Both the position numbers and the translations under genes were made by a program. From Thermodesulfobacteriota bacterium (GTDB lineage Bacteria; Desulfobacterota; Syntrophia; Syntrophales; JADFWA01), in NCBI GenBank assembly GCA_034658835.1, contig JAYEGA010000074.1, forward strand, positions 1 to 40,116: 40,116 nt of DNA, read 5' to 3'. The notes beneath the pieces are model-generated. The model was not told where the DNA came from, did no database searches, and was given only the letters and a program-made list of their open reading frames with translations. Below, one piece after another: positions 33,027 to 40,116 of this stretch; the first letter of the stretch is position 1, and each line of letters opens with the position of its first letter.

Positions 33027-33485
33027 CTGGGAGAAAGATTTACAAAAATTACCGCAACCGGTTTCGGCAGCGGTTTTATTCCTTTTGCACCCGGGACCGC
33101 GGGAACGATTGTCGGGATACCGGCATATCTGGTCTTTTCACATTTCTCCTGGCCTCTTTACCTGATATCGGTACTGGCACTTTCAGCTCTGGCGGTATAT
33201 GTGTCCGGGGAAGCAGAAAAGATATTCAACGAAAAGGACTCATCACGTATCGTCATTGATGAGATTGTGGGCTTTCAATTTGCCATGTTTCTGGTCTCAC
33301 CAACCGTTTTACACATATTCCTCGGTTTCCTCCTCTTCAGGATTTTTGATATTGCCAAACCCTTTCCCATCAGGCTTTGCGAAAGGAAGCTTCCCGGAGG
33401 ATACGGGGTTGTGGGAGACGACATTGTCGCGGGCATTTATGCAAATATACTTTTACTTTTATCGATAAAATATTTCGGAGTTTAA
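33027..33485 (+). CDS. pgpA: Phosphatidylglycerophosphatase A (apparent CTG start)
   Basis: Frame extends upstream of the ORF-track start through ATGFGSGFIPFAPGTAGT; also IVIDEIVG, FRIFDIAKPFP, DDIVAG; AAGGAG 6 nt before CTG 33027. Confidence 0.9.
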   Translation: MGERFTKITATGFGSGFIPFAPGTAGTIVGIPAYLVFSHFSWPLYLISVLALSALAVYVSGEAEKIFNEKDSSRIVIDEIVGFQFAMFLVSPTVLHIFLGFLLFRIFDIAKPFPIRLCERKLPGGYGVVGDDIVAGIYANILLLLSIKYFGV

Positions 33486-33494
33486 GCACCTCAA

Positions 33495-34751
33495 ATGAAA
33501 GTCGGCATATTGGCAATAGGGAGTGAATTGACCAGTGGTAGTACACAGGATACAAACTCTTCCTTCATATCACGCGAATTGAACGCCCAGGGTTGGAGCG
33601 TATCTTCAATAATGATTGTCGGTGATGATGAATATGCAATCGGAAAAGGACTTGACCGTCTCATGGCAACCTCTGATGCCGTTATCGTCACAGGTGGCCT
33701 CGGCCCAACCGCCGACGATATCACCACCGCATCCATCGCAAAGACATTCGGCCTTAATTTATATACTGACGAAACAGTTCTGAATCAAATCAAGGAAAGA
33801 TTCGAAAGGTACCGCATCAAATGGATTCCTGACAATATTAAACAGGCCATGTTTCCCGATGGAGCTGTTACCATACCAAATCCAATCGGCACAGCCTGTG
33901 GATACTTCCTTAAAAAGAATGACAAGATCGTAGCCGTTATCCCGGGTGTTCCTTCTGAGGCAGAAAGGATGCTTTTCGAGGGGGTCATCCCTGTTTTGAA
34001 GAGAGATTCCAGGGAAGCCAGACAATATATAGTAAAGAAAACTATCAAGCTGTTCGGCCTTACAGAAGCGAAGATCGATCAAATACTCTCCGATGTCGAT
34101 CTGGAAATACCCGGTGTAAGTATGGGTTTCTATCCCCATTTTCCGGAAAACCATATTGTAATCACATCGAAAAATCTCATAGAATCCATGGCGGAAGAAA
34201 ACCTGAAGACGGCAGAAAAACGGATCGAAGGAAAACTCCGGCAGTATATATTTGGCTATGATAATGACACACTGGAGGGGGTCGTTGCGTCTCTTTTGAA
34301 GAGCAGGGCCTTGACGCTCTCGGTAGCCGAGTCATGCACGGGAGGACTGATTACAGATCGCCTGACAAATATACCGGGAAGTTCAACATTCCTCGACAGG
34401 GGGGTGGTTGTTTACAGTAACGACTCCAAGACAGAACTCCTTGGCGTTCCAGTTCAAATTTTGAATAAATTCGGCGCAGTGAGTGAAGAGACGGCTATTC
34501 TCATGGCTGAAGGAATCAGAAAACTTGGCAAAACCGATATTGGATTGGCCACAACCGGCATAGCGGGCCCAACAGGAGGAACAACAGAAAAACCTGTTGG
34601 CACTGTTTTTATCGCCCTGACCGACGGGGGAAATACGATATGCCGCAATTTTCTATTCGGTTGGGAACGGAAAAGGGTAAAAAAAATATCATCGCAGTGG
34701 GCTCTGGAGATACTCAGGAGATTCCTGACCGGGAATAGTTTGAATGACTGA
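33495..34751 (+). CDS. cinA: Competence/damage-inducible protein CinA (molybdopterin-binding-like domain + NMN deamidase domain)
   Basis: IGSEL..G...DTN, TGGLGPT.DD.T, PGVP.E, AESCTGG, GAVS, TGIAGP. Confidence 0.95.
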   Translation: MKVGILAIGSELTSGSTQDTNSSFISRELNAQGWSVSSIMIVGDDEYAIGKGLDRLMATSDAVIVTGGLGPTADDITTASIAKTFGLNLYTDETVLNQIKERFERYRIKWIPDNIKQAMFPDGAVTIPNPIGTACGYFLKKNDKIVAVIPGVPSEAERMLFEGVIPVLKRDSREARQYIVKKTIKLFGLTEAKIDQILSDVDLEIPGVSMGFYPHFPENHIVITSKNLIESMAEENLKTAEKRIEGKLRQYIFGYDNDTLEGVVASLLKSRALTLSVAESCTGGLITDRLTNIPGSSTFLDRGVVVYSNDSKTELLGVPVQILNKFGAVSEETAILMAEGIRKLGKTDIGLATTGIAGPTGGTTEKPVGTVFIALTDGGNTICRNFLFGWERKRVKKISSQWALEILRRFLTGNSLND

Positions 34752-35322
34752 CGAAAAACTGATAAGAACCTTTCTGGCAATAGAACTTCCTGAAGAAATA
34801 AAGGTTCAAATAGGAAATATCCAGAACCGGCTGAAGGTTACTGTAAAGGGGGTCCGGTGGACAAGACCGGAAGGGATACACCTGACACTGAAGTTCTTCG
34901 GCAATGTTTCCGAAAATGACATTGTCAATATCTCCAGGATAGTTGAAAAGAATACAATAGACGTCAGACCACTTACGCTCAATGTTTCAACAGTCGGGAC
35001 ATTCCCGAATTTTAAACGTCCAAGAGTCTTGTGGCTCGGAATCAGCGGATCAGTTGAAAGATTATCTGACCTTCAGAAGGAAATTGAAAACGATCTTGAA
35101 TCAATAGGTTTTCAAAGAGAAAATAGAGTTTTCAGAGCTCATCTGACTCTGGGAAGAGTAAAACCGCCAAAGGATGTAAAAGGACTTTCAGAAATTATCA
35201 AAAGTGAAGAAAGTTATGATGCGGGGAGTTTTCGTGCCGGCGGTCTTACGCTTTTTAAAAGCGACCTGACACCCCAAGGCGCCATATATACAAAGCTTGC
35301 CTATTTTCCCTTTGACGGGTAA
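34744..35322 (+). CDS. thpR: RNA 2',3'-cyclic phosphodiesterase (2'-5' RNA ligase family)
   Basis: Two HxT motifs (HLTLKF, HLTLGR), PRVLW; conserved cinA-thpR-recA order. Confidence 0.93.
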   Translation: MTDEKLIRTFLAIELPEEIKVQIGNIQNRLKVTVKGVRWTRPEGIHLTLKFFGNVSENDIVNISRIVEKNTIDVRPLTLNVSTVGTFPNFKRPRVLWLGISGSVERLSDLQKEIENDLESIGFQRENRVFRAHLTLGRVKPPKDVKGLSEIIKSEESYDAGSFRAGGLTLFKSDLTPQGAIYTKLAYFPFDG

Positions 35323-35326
35323 TAAT

Positions 35327-35340
35327 AGAACATATTTACT
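35327..35340. promoter_or_regulatory. Possible LexA box upstream of recA
   Basis: AGAAC-ATAT-TTACT resembles the AGAAC-N4-GTTCT SOS box (2 mismatches); 15 nt after the start of TTGACG. Confidence 0.35.
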
Positions 35341-35395
35341 ATGTGCCTTTGGTACCTGAATAGTCATAAATTTTTCACATAAGATGGAGGCAATT

Positions 35396-36433
35396 ATGAA
35401 ACCGGATACAGACAGAGAAAAGGCGGTAGATCTGGCCATAACCCAGATCGAACGGCAGTTTGGAAAGGGTTCAATCATGAGACTGGGCGGGGATGAAGTT
35501 ATTTCAGACGTCCCGACCATTCCCACAGGCGCACTCAGTCTCGATATCGCCCTGGGCGTGGGTGGTGTCCCCCGGGGGAGAGTCATTGAAATATATGGCC
35601 CCGAGGCGGGCGGCAAGACAACTCTTGCCCTCCATATAGTGGCCGAAGCACAAAAGCAAAACGGCCTGGCTGCCTTCATAGATGCAGAACATGCTCTTGA
35701 CGTAACCTATGCCAGAAAAATCGGTGTGGATACCGACGATCTGCTCATATCTCAACCCGATACCGGCGAACAGGCACTGGAGATTGCCGAAACACTGGTC
35801 AGAAGCGCGGCGCTGGATATCCTGGTTATAGATTCCGTGGCCGCCCTCGTACCCAGGGCGGAACTCGACGGGGAAATGGGCGATGCGCAGATGGGACTCC
35901 AGGCGAGACTCATGTCACAGGCCCTTCGAAAGCTCACGGGAAGTATCGGTAAATCCAGGACAACCGTCATCTTCATCAACCAGATAAGGATGAAGATAGG
36001 AGTCTTTTTTGGCAATCCCGAAACCACAACAGGCGGCAATGCCCTCAAATTTTATTCAACGATGCGCCTCGACATAAGAAAGACGACACCTGTCAAACAG
36101 GGCGAGAACGTTGTAGGAAACAGGACGCGGGTCAAAGTAGTCAAAAACAAGGTCGCCCCACCCTTCAGGCAAACAGAATTCGATATCATTTTCGGTGAAG
36201 GCATCTCAAAAGAAGGTGATATTCTTGATCTCGCCGCTGACAACGGAATAATCGAAAAAAGCGGTGCCTGGTATTCATATAAGGGCAATAGGATGGCCCA
36301 GGGAAGGGAAAACGCCAAGGTCTTTCTCAAGGAAAATCCTGACACCAAGAAACAGATAGAGGAAGAAGTACATGAGAAGTTCGGGTTGAAGAGAGAAGAG
36401 ACAGGAGAGGCAGAAGGAAGCGCAAGTTCCTGA
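35396..36433 (+). CDS. recA: Recombinase RecA
   Basis: [11 protein letters not shown], Walker [41 protein letters not shown]; ATG 35396 after GGAGG. Confidence 0.98.
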   Translation: MKPDTDREKAVDLAITQIERQFGKGSIMRLGGDEVISDVPTIPTGALSLDIALGVGGVPRGRVIEIYGPEAGGKTTLALHIVAEAQKQNGLAAFIDAEHALDVTYARKIGVDTDDLLISQPDTGEQALEIAETLVRSAALDILVIDSVAALVPRAELDGEMGDAQMGLQARLMSQALRKLTGSIGKSRTTVIFINQIRMKIGVFFGNPETTTGGNALKFYSTMRLDIRKTTPVKQGENVVGNRTRVKVVKNKVAPPFRQTEFDIIFGEGISKEGDILDLAADNGIIEKSGAWYSYKGNRMAQGRENAKVFLKENPDTKKQIEEEVHEKFGLKREETGEAEGSASS

Positions 36434-36554
36434 TACAATATCGTTACGGCTGAATAGCTAATATTCCCGTTGATATGAGATGAGGGTTTTGTTAGCGTAT
36501 GTTATATACTCTTTTGATAGTTTTCATAAAAACGCATAATGGATGAGGTGAATA

Positions 36555-37361
36555 ATGAAAAAGATATTATTTTGTTTTGTCTTCATTTTTGTCTTTGTCG
36601 TATCCTGGCAATCCGCTTTAGCAGAAACGGCAGAGGGACAATTTAAAAAGGGAATCAATCTTGAAGAACAGAAGAATTACAAAGAGGCGATTGAAGCATA
36701 CACAAGAGCTATTAAACTCGATCCCAAAAATATCGATGTCTACCTCAAAAGGGGGAAAGCATGTTTCGCCCTCGATCCAACCAGTTGTATGAAGACTCAT
36801 GAAGATTTTACCACTGCCATAGAAATTGACTCCAAAAATGCCGATGCTTACTACGAACGCGCCCTTATCAATTTCTACATGATCAATAATGAACAGGGCA
36901 GGAAAGATATGGAAATGGCTGCCAGGCTTGGGCATAAAGGCGCCCTGGAATGGCTGGGCCTGCTGAAAGAAGAAGAGGAAATCAGATATATTAATTTAGC
37001 TGATTACCTCTCTTCAAAAAAAGCACCCATTGTTCACTTTGACTTCAATCGTGCTGTTATTAAACCTTCTTATTGCGCCCTCCTGGATGAGGTCGGCACG
37101 GTATTAAAAAGAAGGCTGCCCCAAGTGTCAATCATCTTAGCAGGTCACGCCGATATCATAGGAACAGAAGAGTATAACTACGGTCTTTCCTTGAGAAGGG
37201 CAAAAGCTGTAATGAACTATCTTATAAAAAGGAAAGAAATAGCTCCCCAACGGTTCATTCTGAAGGCTTACGGTAAAAGCAAACCTGTCGCCCCGAATGA
37301 TACCAAGAAAGGTCGCGCCTTGAACCGCCGTGTCTTACTGACAGCAGTCGAAGGTTTATAG
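36555..37361 (+). CDS. Secreted TPR-repeat + OmpA-C-like (peptidoglycan-binding) protein, copy 1
   Basis: Signal peptide ending ALA, TPR motifs (AIEAYTRAIKLDP, DFTTAIEIDS), OmpA-C motifs FDF, GHAD..G...YN..LS.RRA, NRRV. Confidence 0.85.
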   Translation: MKKILFCFVFIFVFVVSWQSALAETAEGQFKKGINLEEQKNYKEAIEAYTRAIKLDPKNIDVYLKRGKACFALDPTSCMKTHEDFTTAIEIDSKNADAYYERALINFYMINNEQGRKDMEMAARLGHKGALEWLGLLKEEEEIRYINLADYLSSKKAPIVHFDFNRAVIKPSYCALLDEVGTVLKRRLPQVSIILAGHADIIGTEEYNYGLSLRRAKAVMNYLIKRKEIAPQRFILKAYGKSKPVAPNDTKKGRALNRRVLLTAVEGL

Positions 37362-37458
37362 GACCATCTATATGTCAGTAAAGCTGAATTAAAATCTAAC
37401 TAAATTAAGCAGAAGGTGTGCGTTTTACACTATTTATTTGGTGGAGAAGGGAAATATT

Positions 37459-38223
37459 ATGAGTATAGTAAAGATCATGCCATGCCTTGACATGAAAGAT
37501 GGACGTGTAGTCAAGGGCATACATTTTGTAGATTTGAAAGACGCAGGCGATCCTGTAGAAAATGCAGCGTTTTATGAAAAGGAAGGGGCTGATGAGTTGG
37601 CCATTCTGGATATAGCTGCAACGGTAGAAAACCGAAAGAGCAGGCTGGAATGGATTAAAAGTGTTTCATCGGTTATAACTATCCCGTTGACGATGGGCGG
37701 CGGTATTACCTCCCTGGAAGATATTGAAATGGTTTTCAACGCCGGTGCTGATAAAGCTTCCATGAATAGTGCAGCTGTCAAGGATCCCGATCTGGTCAGG
37801 CAAGCCGCAAAAACTTTCGGTTCAGAAAATATAATTGTGGCTATCGATGCCAGAAGGAATAAGGAAATGCCATCCGGGTTTGAACTGGTCGTCTCAGGAG
37901 GCACAACCCCTGTAAGCAAGGACGCTGTGGCCTGGGCCAAACAGTGTCAGGACCTTGGTACCGGCGCTATTCTGCCTACCAGTATGGATGGCGATGGAAC
38001 TCAAGCCGGATACGATCTGGAATTCACGAAGGCCATTTCAGATGCTGTAGACCTGCCGGTGATCGCCTCAGGTGGTGCGGGAAAGCTGGAACATTTTTAT
38101 GAGGGGGTTGTTCAGGGTGGCGCACAAATCTTATTGGCTGCTTCTGTTTTTCACTACCGCATCTTCAGCATCAGGGAGGTCAAGGAATATCTGCAGGAAA
38201 AGGGATTGAAAGTTAACCTGTAA
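37459..38223 (+). CDS. hisF: Imidazole glycerol phosphate synthase cyclase subunit (orphan copy)
   Basis: PCLDMKDGRVVKG, AGDPVE, GADEL, VAIDA, TSMDGDGT..GYD, IASGGAG, LAASVFH; likely ATG 37459. Confidence 0.9.
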   Translation: MSIVKIMPCLDMKDGRVVKGIHFVDLKDAGDPVENAAFYEKEGADELAILDIAATVENRKSRLEWIKSVSSVITIPLTMGGGITSLEDIEMVFNAGADKASMNSAAVKDPDLVRQAAKTFGSENIIVAIDARRNKEMPSGFELVVSGGTTPVSKDAVAWAKQCQDLGTGAILPTSMDGDGTQAGYDLEFTKAISDAVDLPVIASGGAGKLEHFYEGVVQGGAQILLAASVFHYRIFSIREVKEYLQEKGLKVNL

Positions 38224-38289
38224 CAGCAGCTGGTAAGCTGCTGGGACTGTAAGCGTTATGCATTCCAATAACTATCGAGGTGAATAATG

Positions 38290-39090
38290 ATGAAAAAGAT
38301 ATTATTTTGCTTTGTTTGAATTTTTGTCTTTGTCGTATCTTGGCAATCCGCCTTAGCAGAAACGGCAGAAGAGCAGTTTAAAAAAGGAATCAATCTCGAA
38401 GAACAGAAGAATTACAAAGAGGCGATTGAAGCATACACAAGAGCTATTAAACTCGATCCCAAAAATATCGATGCCTACCTCAAAAGGGGGAAAGCATGTT
38501 TCGCCCTCGATCCAACCAGTTGTATGGAGACTCTTGAAGATTTTACCACTGCCATAGAGATTGACTCCAAAAATGCCGATGCTTACTACGAACGCGCCCT
38601 TATCAATTTCTACATGATCAATAATGAACAGGGCAGGAAAGATATGGAAATGGCTGCCAGGCTTGGGCATAAAGGCGCCCTGGAATGGCTGGGCCTGCTG
38701 AAAGAAGAAGAGGAAATCAGATATATTAATTTAGCTGATTACCTCTCTTCAAAAAAAGCACCCATTGTTCACTTTGACTTCAATCGTGCTGTTATTAAAC
38801 CTTCTTATTGCGCCCTCCTGGATGAGGTCGGCACGGTATTGAAAAGACAGCTCCCAAAAGTATCAATCATTTTAGCAGGTCACGCCGATATCATAGGAAC
38901 AGAAGAGTATAACTACGGTCTTTCCTTGAGAAGGGCAAACGCTGTAATGAACTACCTTGTAGAAAGGAATGAAATAACCCCCGAACGGATCACTCTAAAG
39001 GCTTACGGGGAGAGCGACCCTATCGCCCCGAATGATACCGAGGAAGGTCGCGCCCTGAATCGCCGCGTCTTATTGACAGCAACGGAATAA
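38290..39090 (+). pseudogene. TPR + OmpA-C protein copy 2, interrupted by an in-frame TGA in the signal peptide
   Basis: Colinear with 36555-37361 at a 1735-bp offset; TGA at 38317-38319 replaces TTC; the rest of the frame is open to 39090. Confidence 0.8.
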
Positions 39091-39108
39091 AAGTATCCGT
39101 TCCAGGCG

Positions 39109-39174
39109 GACTAACCGGAGGCATACTTCTAAACAGCAGCATATAGCCCGTCCATCTTCATGCCTTTGTTATCT
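39109..39174 (-). mobile_element. Degenerate integron attC-like site downstream of the toxin gene
   Basis: Minus strand AGATAAC-AAAGGCATGAAGATGGAC...TATGCCTCCG-GTTAGTC, 66 bp, starting 1 nt after the toxin stop. Confidence 0.55.
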
Positions 39175-39175
39175 C

Positions 39176-39487
39176 TTATAAATCCAGGGCAAATTGAATA
39201 GCCTCACGCACTTGTCCTAATTTGTCAGTCGACAGTGTTGTTATTAACGATCCAATTTTTCCTTTTGATACCGTTTGAATATGGTCAAAATTTATTGCGC
39301 AATCTTTAAGCATACCATCTTGTTTAGTAAGGAATACTTCACTAGGTATATCCCGAACCGTCGATGTAATAGGCGCCACTGAAACTTCTCCTATATATTC
39401 CAATACAGAATCACGGGTTAGAATTAATACCGGTCGTCTCTTATCAGGACCTTTAAATTTGTACCATCTAATCTCACCCCTCTTCAT
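39176..39487 (-). CDS. MazF/PemK-family endoribonuclease toxin
   Basis: MKRGEI, KRRPVLILT, VAPITS, CAINFDHIQTV; 4-nt overlap with the antitoxin gene. Confidence 0.9.
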   Translation of the reverse strand: MKRGEIRWYKFKGPDKRRPVLILTRDSVLEYIGEVSVAPITSTVRDIPSEVFLTKQDGMLKDCAINFDHIQTVSKGKIGSLITTLSTDKLGQVREAIQFALDL

Positions 39488-39717
39488 TCATCCCCCCATT
39501 TCTGCTCTTTTTCCCAAACACTGAACTCATCTTTGTTGACGGGATGAGCCGCATAACCTTGGCGGTGCTTCAATTCAAGACGGCTAATATTGTAGTGTTT
39601 GACCGCTTCTCGCAACGCATCTCGAGTAAATGCGGAGCGAGTTGTATTAAGCTCATTTGCTATGGCGTCGACCCTTTTTACAAGATCATCATCAACGGTC
39701 ATTTGTATAGTGCGCAT
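39484..39717 (-). CDS. Ribbon-helix-helix (CopG-like) antitoxin
   Basis: MRTIQMTVDDDLVKRVD...TRSAFTRDAL RHH pattern; directly upstream of the toxin; GGAGG RBS. Confidence 0.85.
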   Translation of the reverse strand: MRTIQMTVDDDLVKRVDAIANELNTTRSAFTRDALREAVKHYNISRLELKHRQGYAAHPVNKDEFSVWEKEQKWGDE

Positions 39718-39728
39718 AAATACCTCCT

Positions 39729-39779
39729 ATAATGTGGATAACTATAGCTATAATATATCAACATTATCGTGTGTGTCAA
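39729..39779 (-). promoter_or_regulatory. Toxin-antitoxin promoter with palindromic operator
   Basis: TTGACA (39779-39774) with TATATT/TATTAT at 16/18-nt spacing; inverted repeat ATAATGTGGATA (39729-39740) / TATCAACATTAT (39756-39767), 11/12. Confidence 0.65.
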
Positions 39780-40092
39780 CATAAAATATAATTGTCGATG
39801 ATATGATTGGGTGGAGAGATAACGCGGAACTCACATGACAGGTTAGGAAACACTCGTTTTATTGCTTTGAACCGAGTAACTGAAATTGGTCATTAAAATT
39901 AATATTTCCTAAAAACCAGGTTCCCTCGGGTTTATAAAAATAGAATTCCCAAACAGTAGGGGCAATTTCTGATTTTAATATATAGACTAATCGTAACTAC
40001 TCAGCTCCATATTTTTAACAAACAAGGGTATTGTCCCCTGCTATTTTCCTATTATGCGCAAGCATGTAGTAAAATCAAGGGATTTTATGGAT

Positions 40093-40112
40093 AATCCCGA
40101 CGTGTCGGGATT
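40093..40112. repeat. Short perfect palindrome (REP-like)
   Basis: AATCCCGAC-GT-GTCGGGATT. Confidence 0.5.
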
Positions 40113-40116
40113 GCAC

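Noticed and set aside
38220-38262. attC or terminator after hisF (TAAC...CAGCAGC/GCTGCTG...GTTATGC)
   Set aside because: Too short for attC with no paired L boxes; the hairpin has no U-tract
38317-38319. TGA as selenocysteine or a reassigned codon
   Set aside because: It lies in a hydrophobic signal peptide aligned to Phe, no convincing SECIS hairpin follows, and TGA is a normal stop for secY, recA, cinA and others here
36555-39090. Diversity-generating retroelement (TR/VR pair) explanation for the two TPR-OmpA copies, prompted by many Lys codon A>G changes
   Set aside because: Many differences involve non-adenine positions in both copies (CTG/CTC, TAT/TAC, CGT/CGC, GGT/GGG), and no reverse transcriptase is in the window
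36449-40005. GCTGAATAGCTAA / GTAACTACTCAGC as inverted ends bounding the whole accessory patch
   Set aside because: Only 10/13 match, with no target duplication or transposase; too weak

Overview
About 29 kb of this window (1-28,900) is the core translation/transcription superoperon on the minus strand of a bacterium that looks deltaproteobacterial (Desulfobacterota, possibly Syntrophales; inferred from gene order and protein sequences). In transcription order: tRNA-Thr/Tyr/Gly/Thr, rpmG, tRNA-Trp, secE, nusG, rplKAJL, rpoBC, rpsLG, fusA, tuf, the S10 and spc genes, secY, map and a truncated infA. adk and the usual tufB copy are absent. To the right lie mdh plus a B12-binding radical SAM fusion gene (minus), a PilZ-pgpA-cinA-thpR-recA cluster (plus) and a small accessory patch. 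That patch holds two near-identical TPR-OmpA genes (the second with a nonsense codon) bracketing an orphan hisF, and a MazF-type toxin-antitoxin pair that looks like an integron gene cassette. The unusual signals are: (i) the only EF-Tu in the window has paired substitutions in the aminoacyl-binding pocket (E215G and N273D, E. coli numbering); (ii) L7/L12 has an N-terminal extension of eight xxxKE pentapeptide repeats; (iii) many operon spacers are enlarged by 7-nt-periodic inverted repeats, small palindromes and inserts flanked by direct repeats, and a MITE-like element sits inside the tRNA operon; (iv) a terminator-like hairpin lies between rpsJ and rplC; (v) pgpA appears to start at CTG. 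All calls come from reading the sequence by eye; no searches were run.
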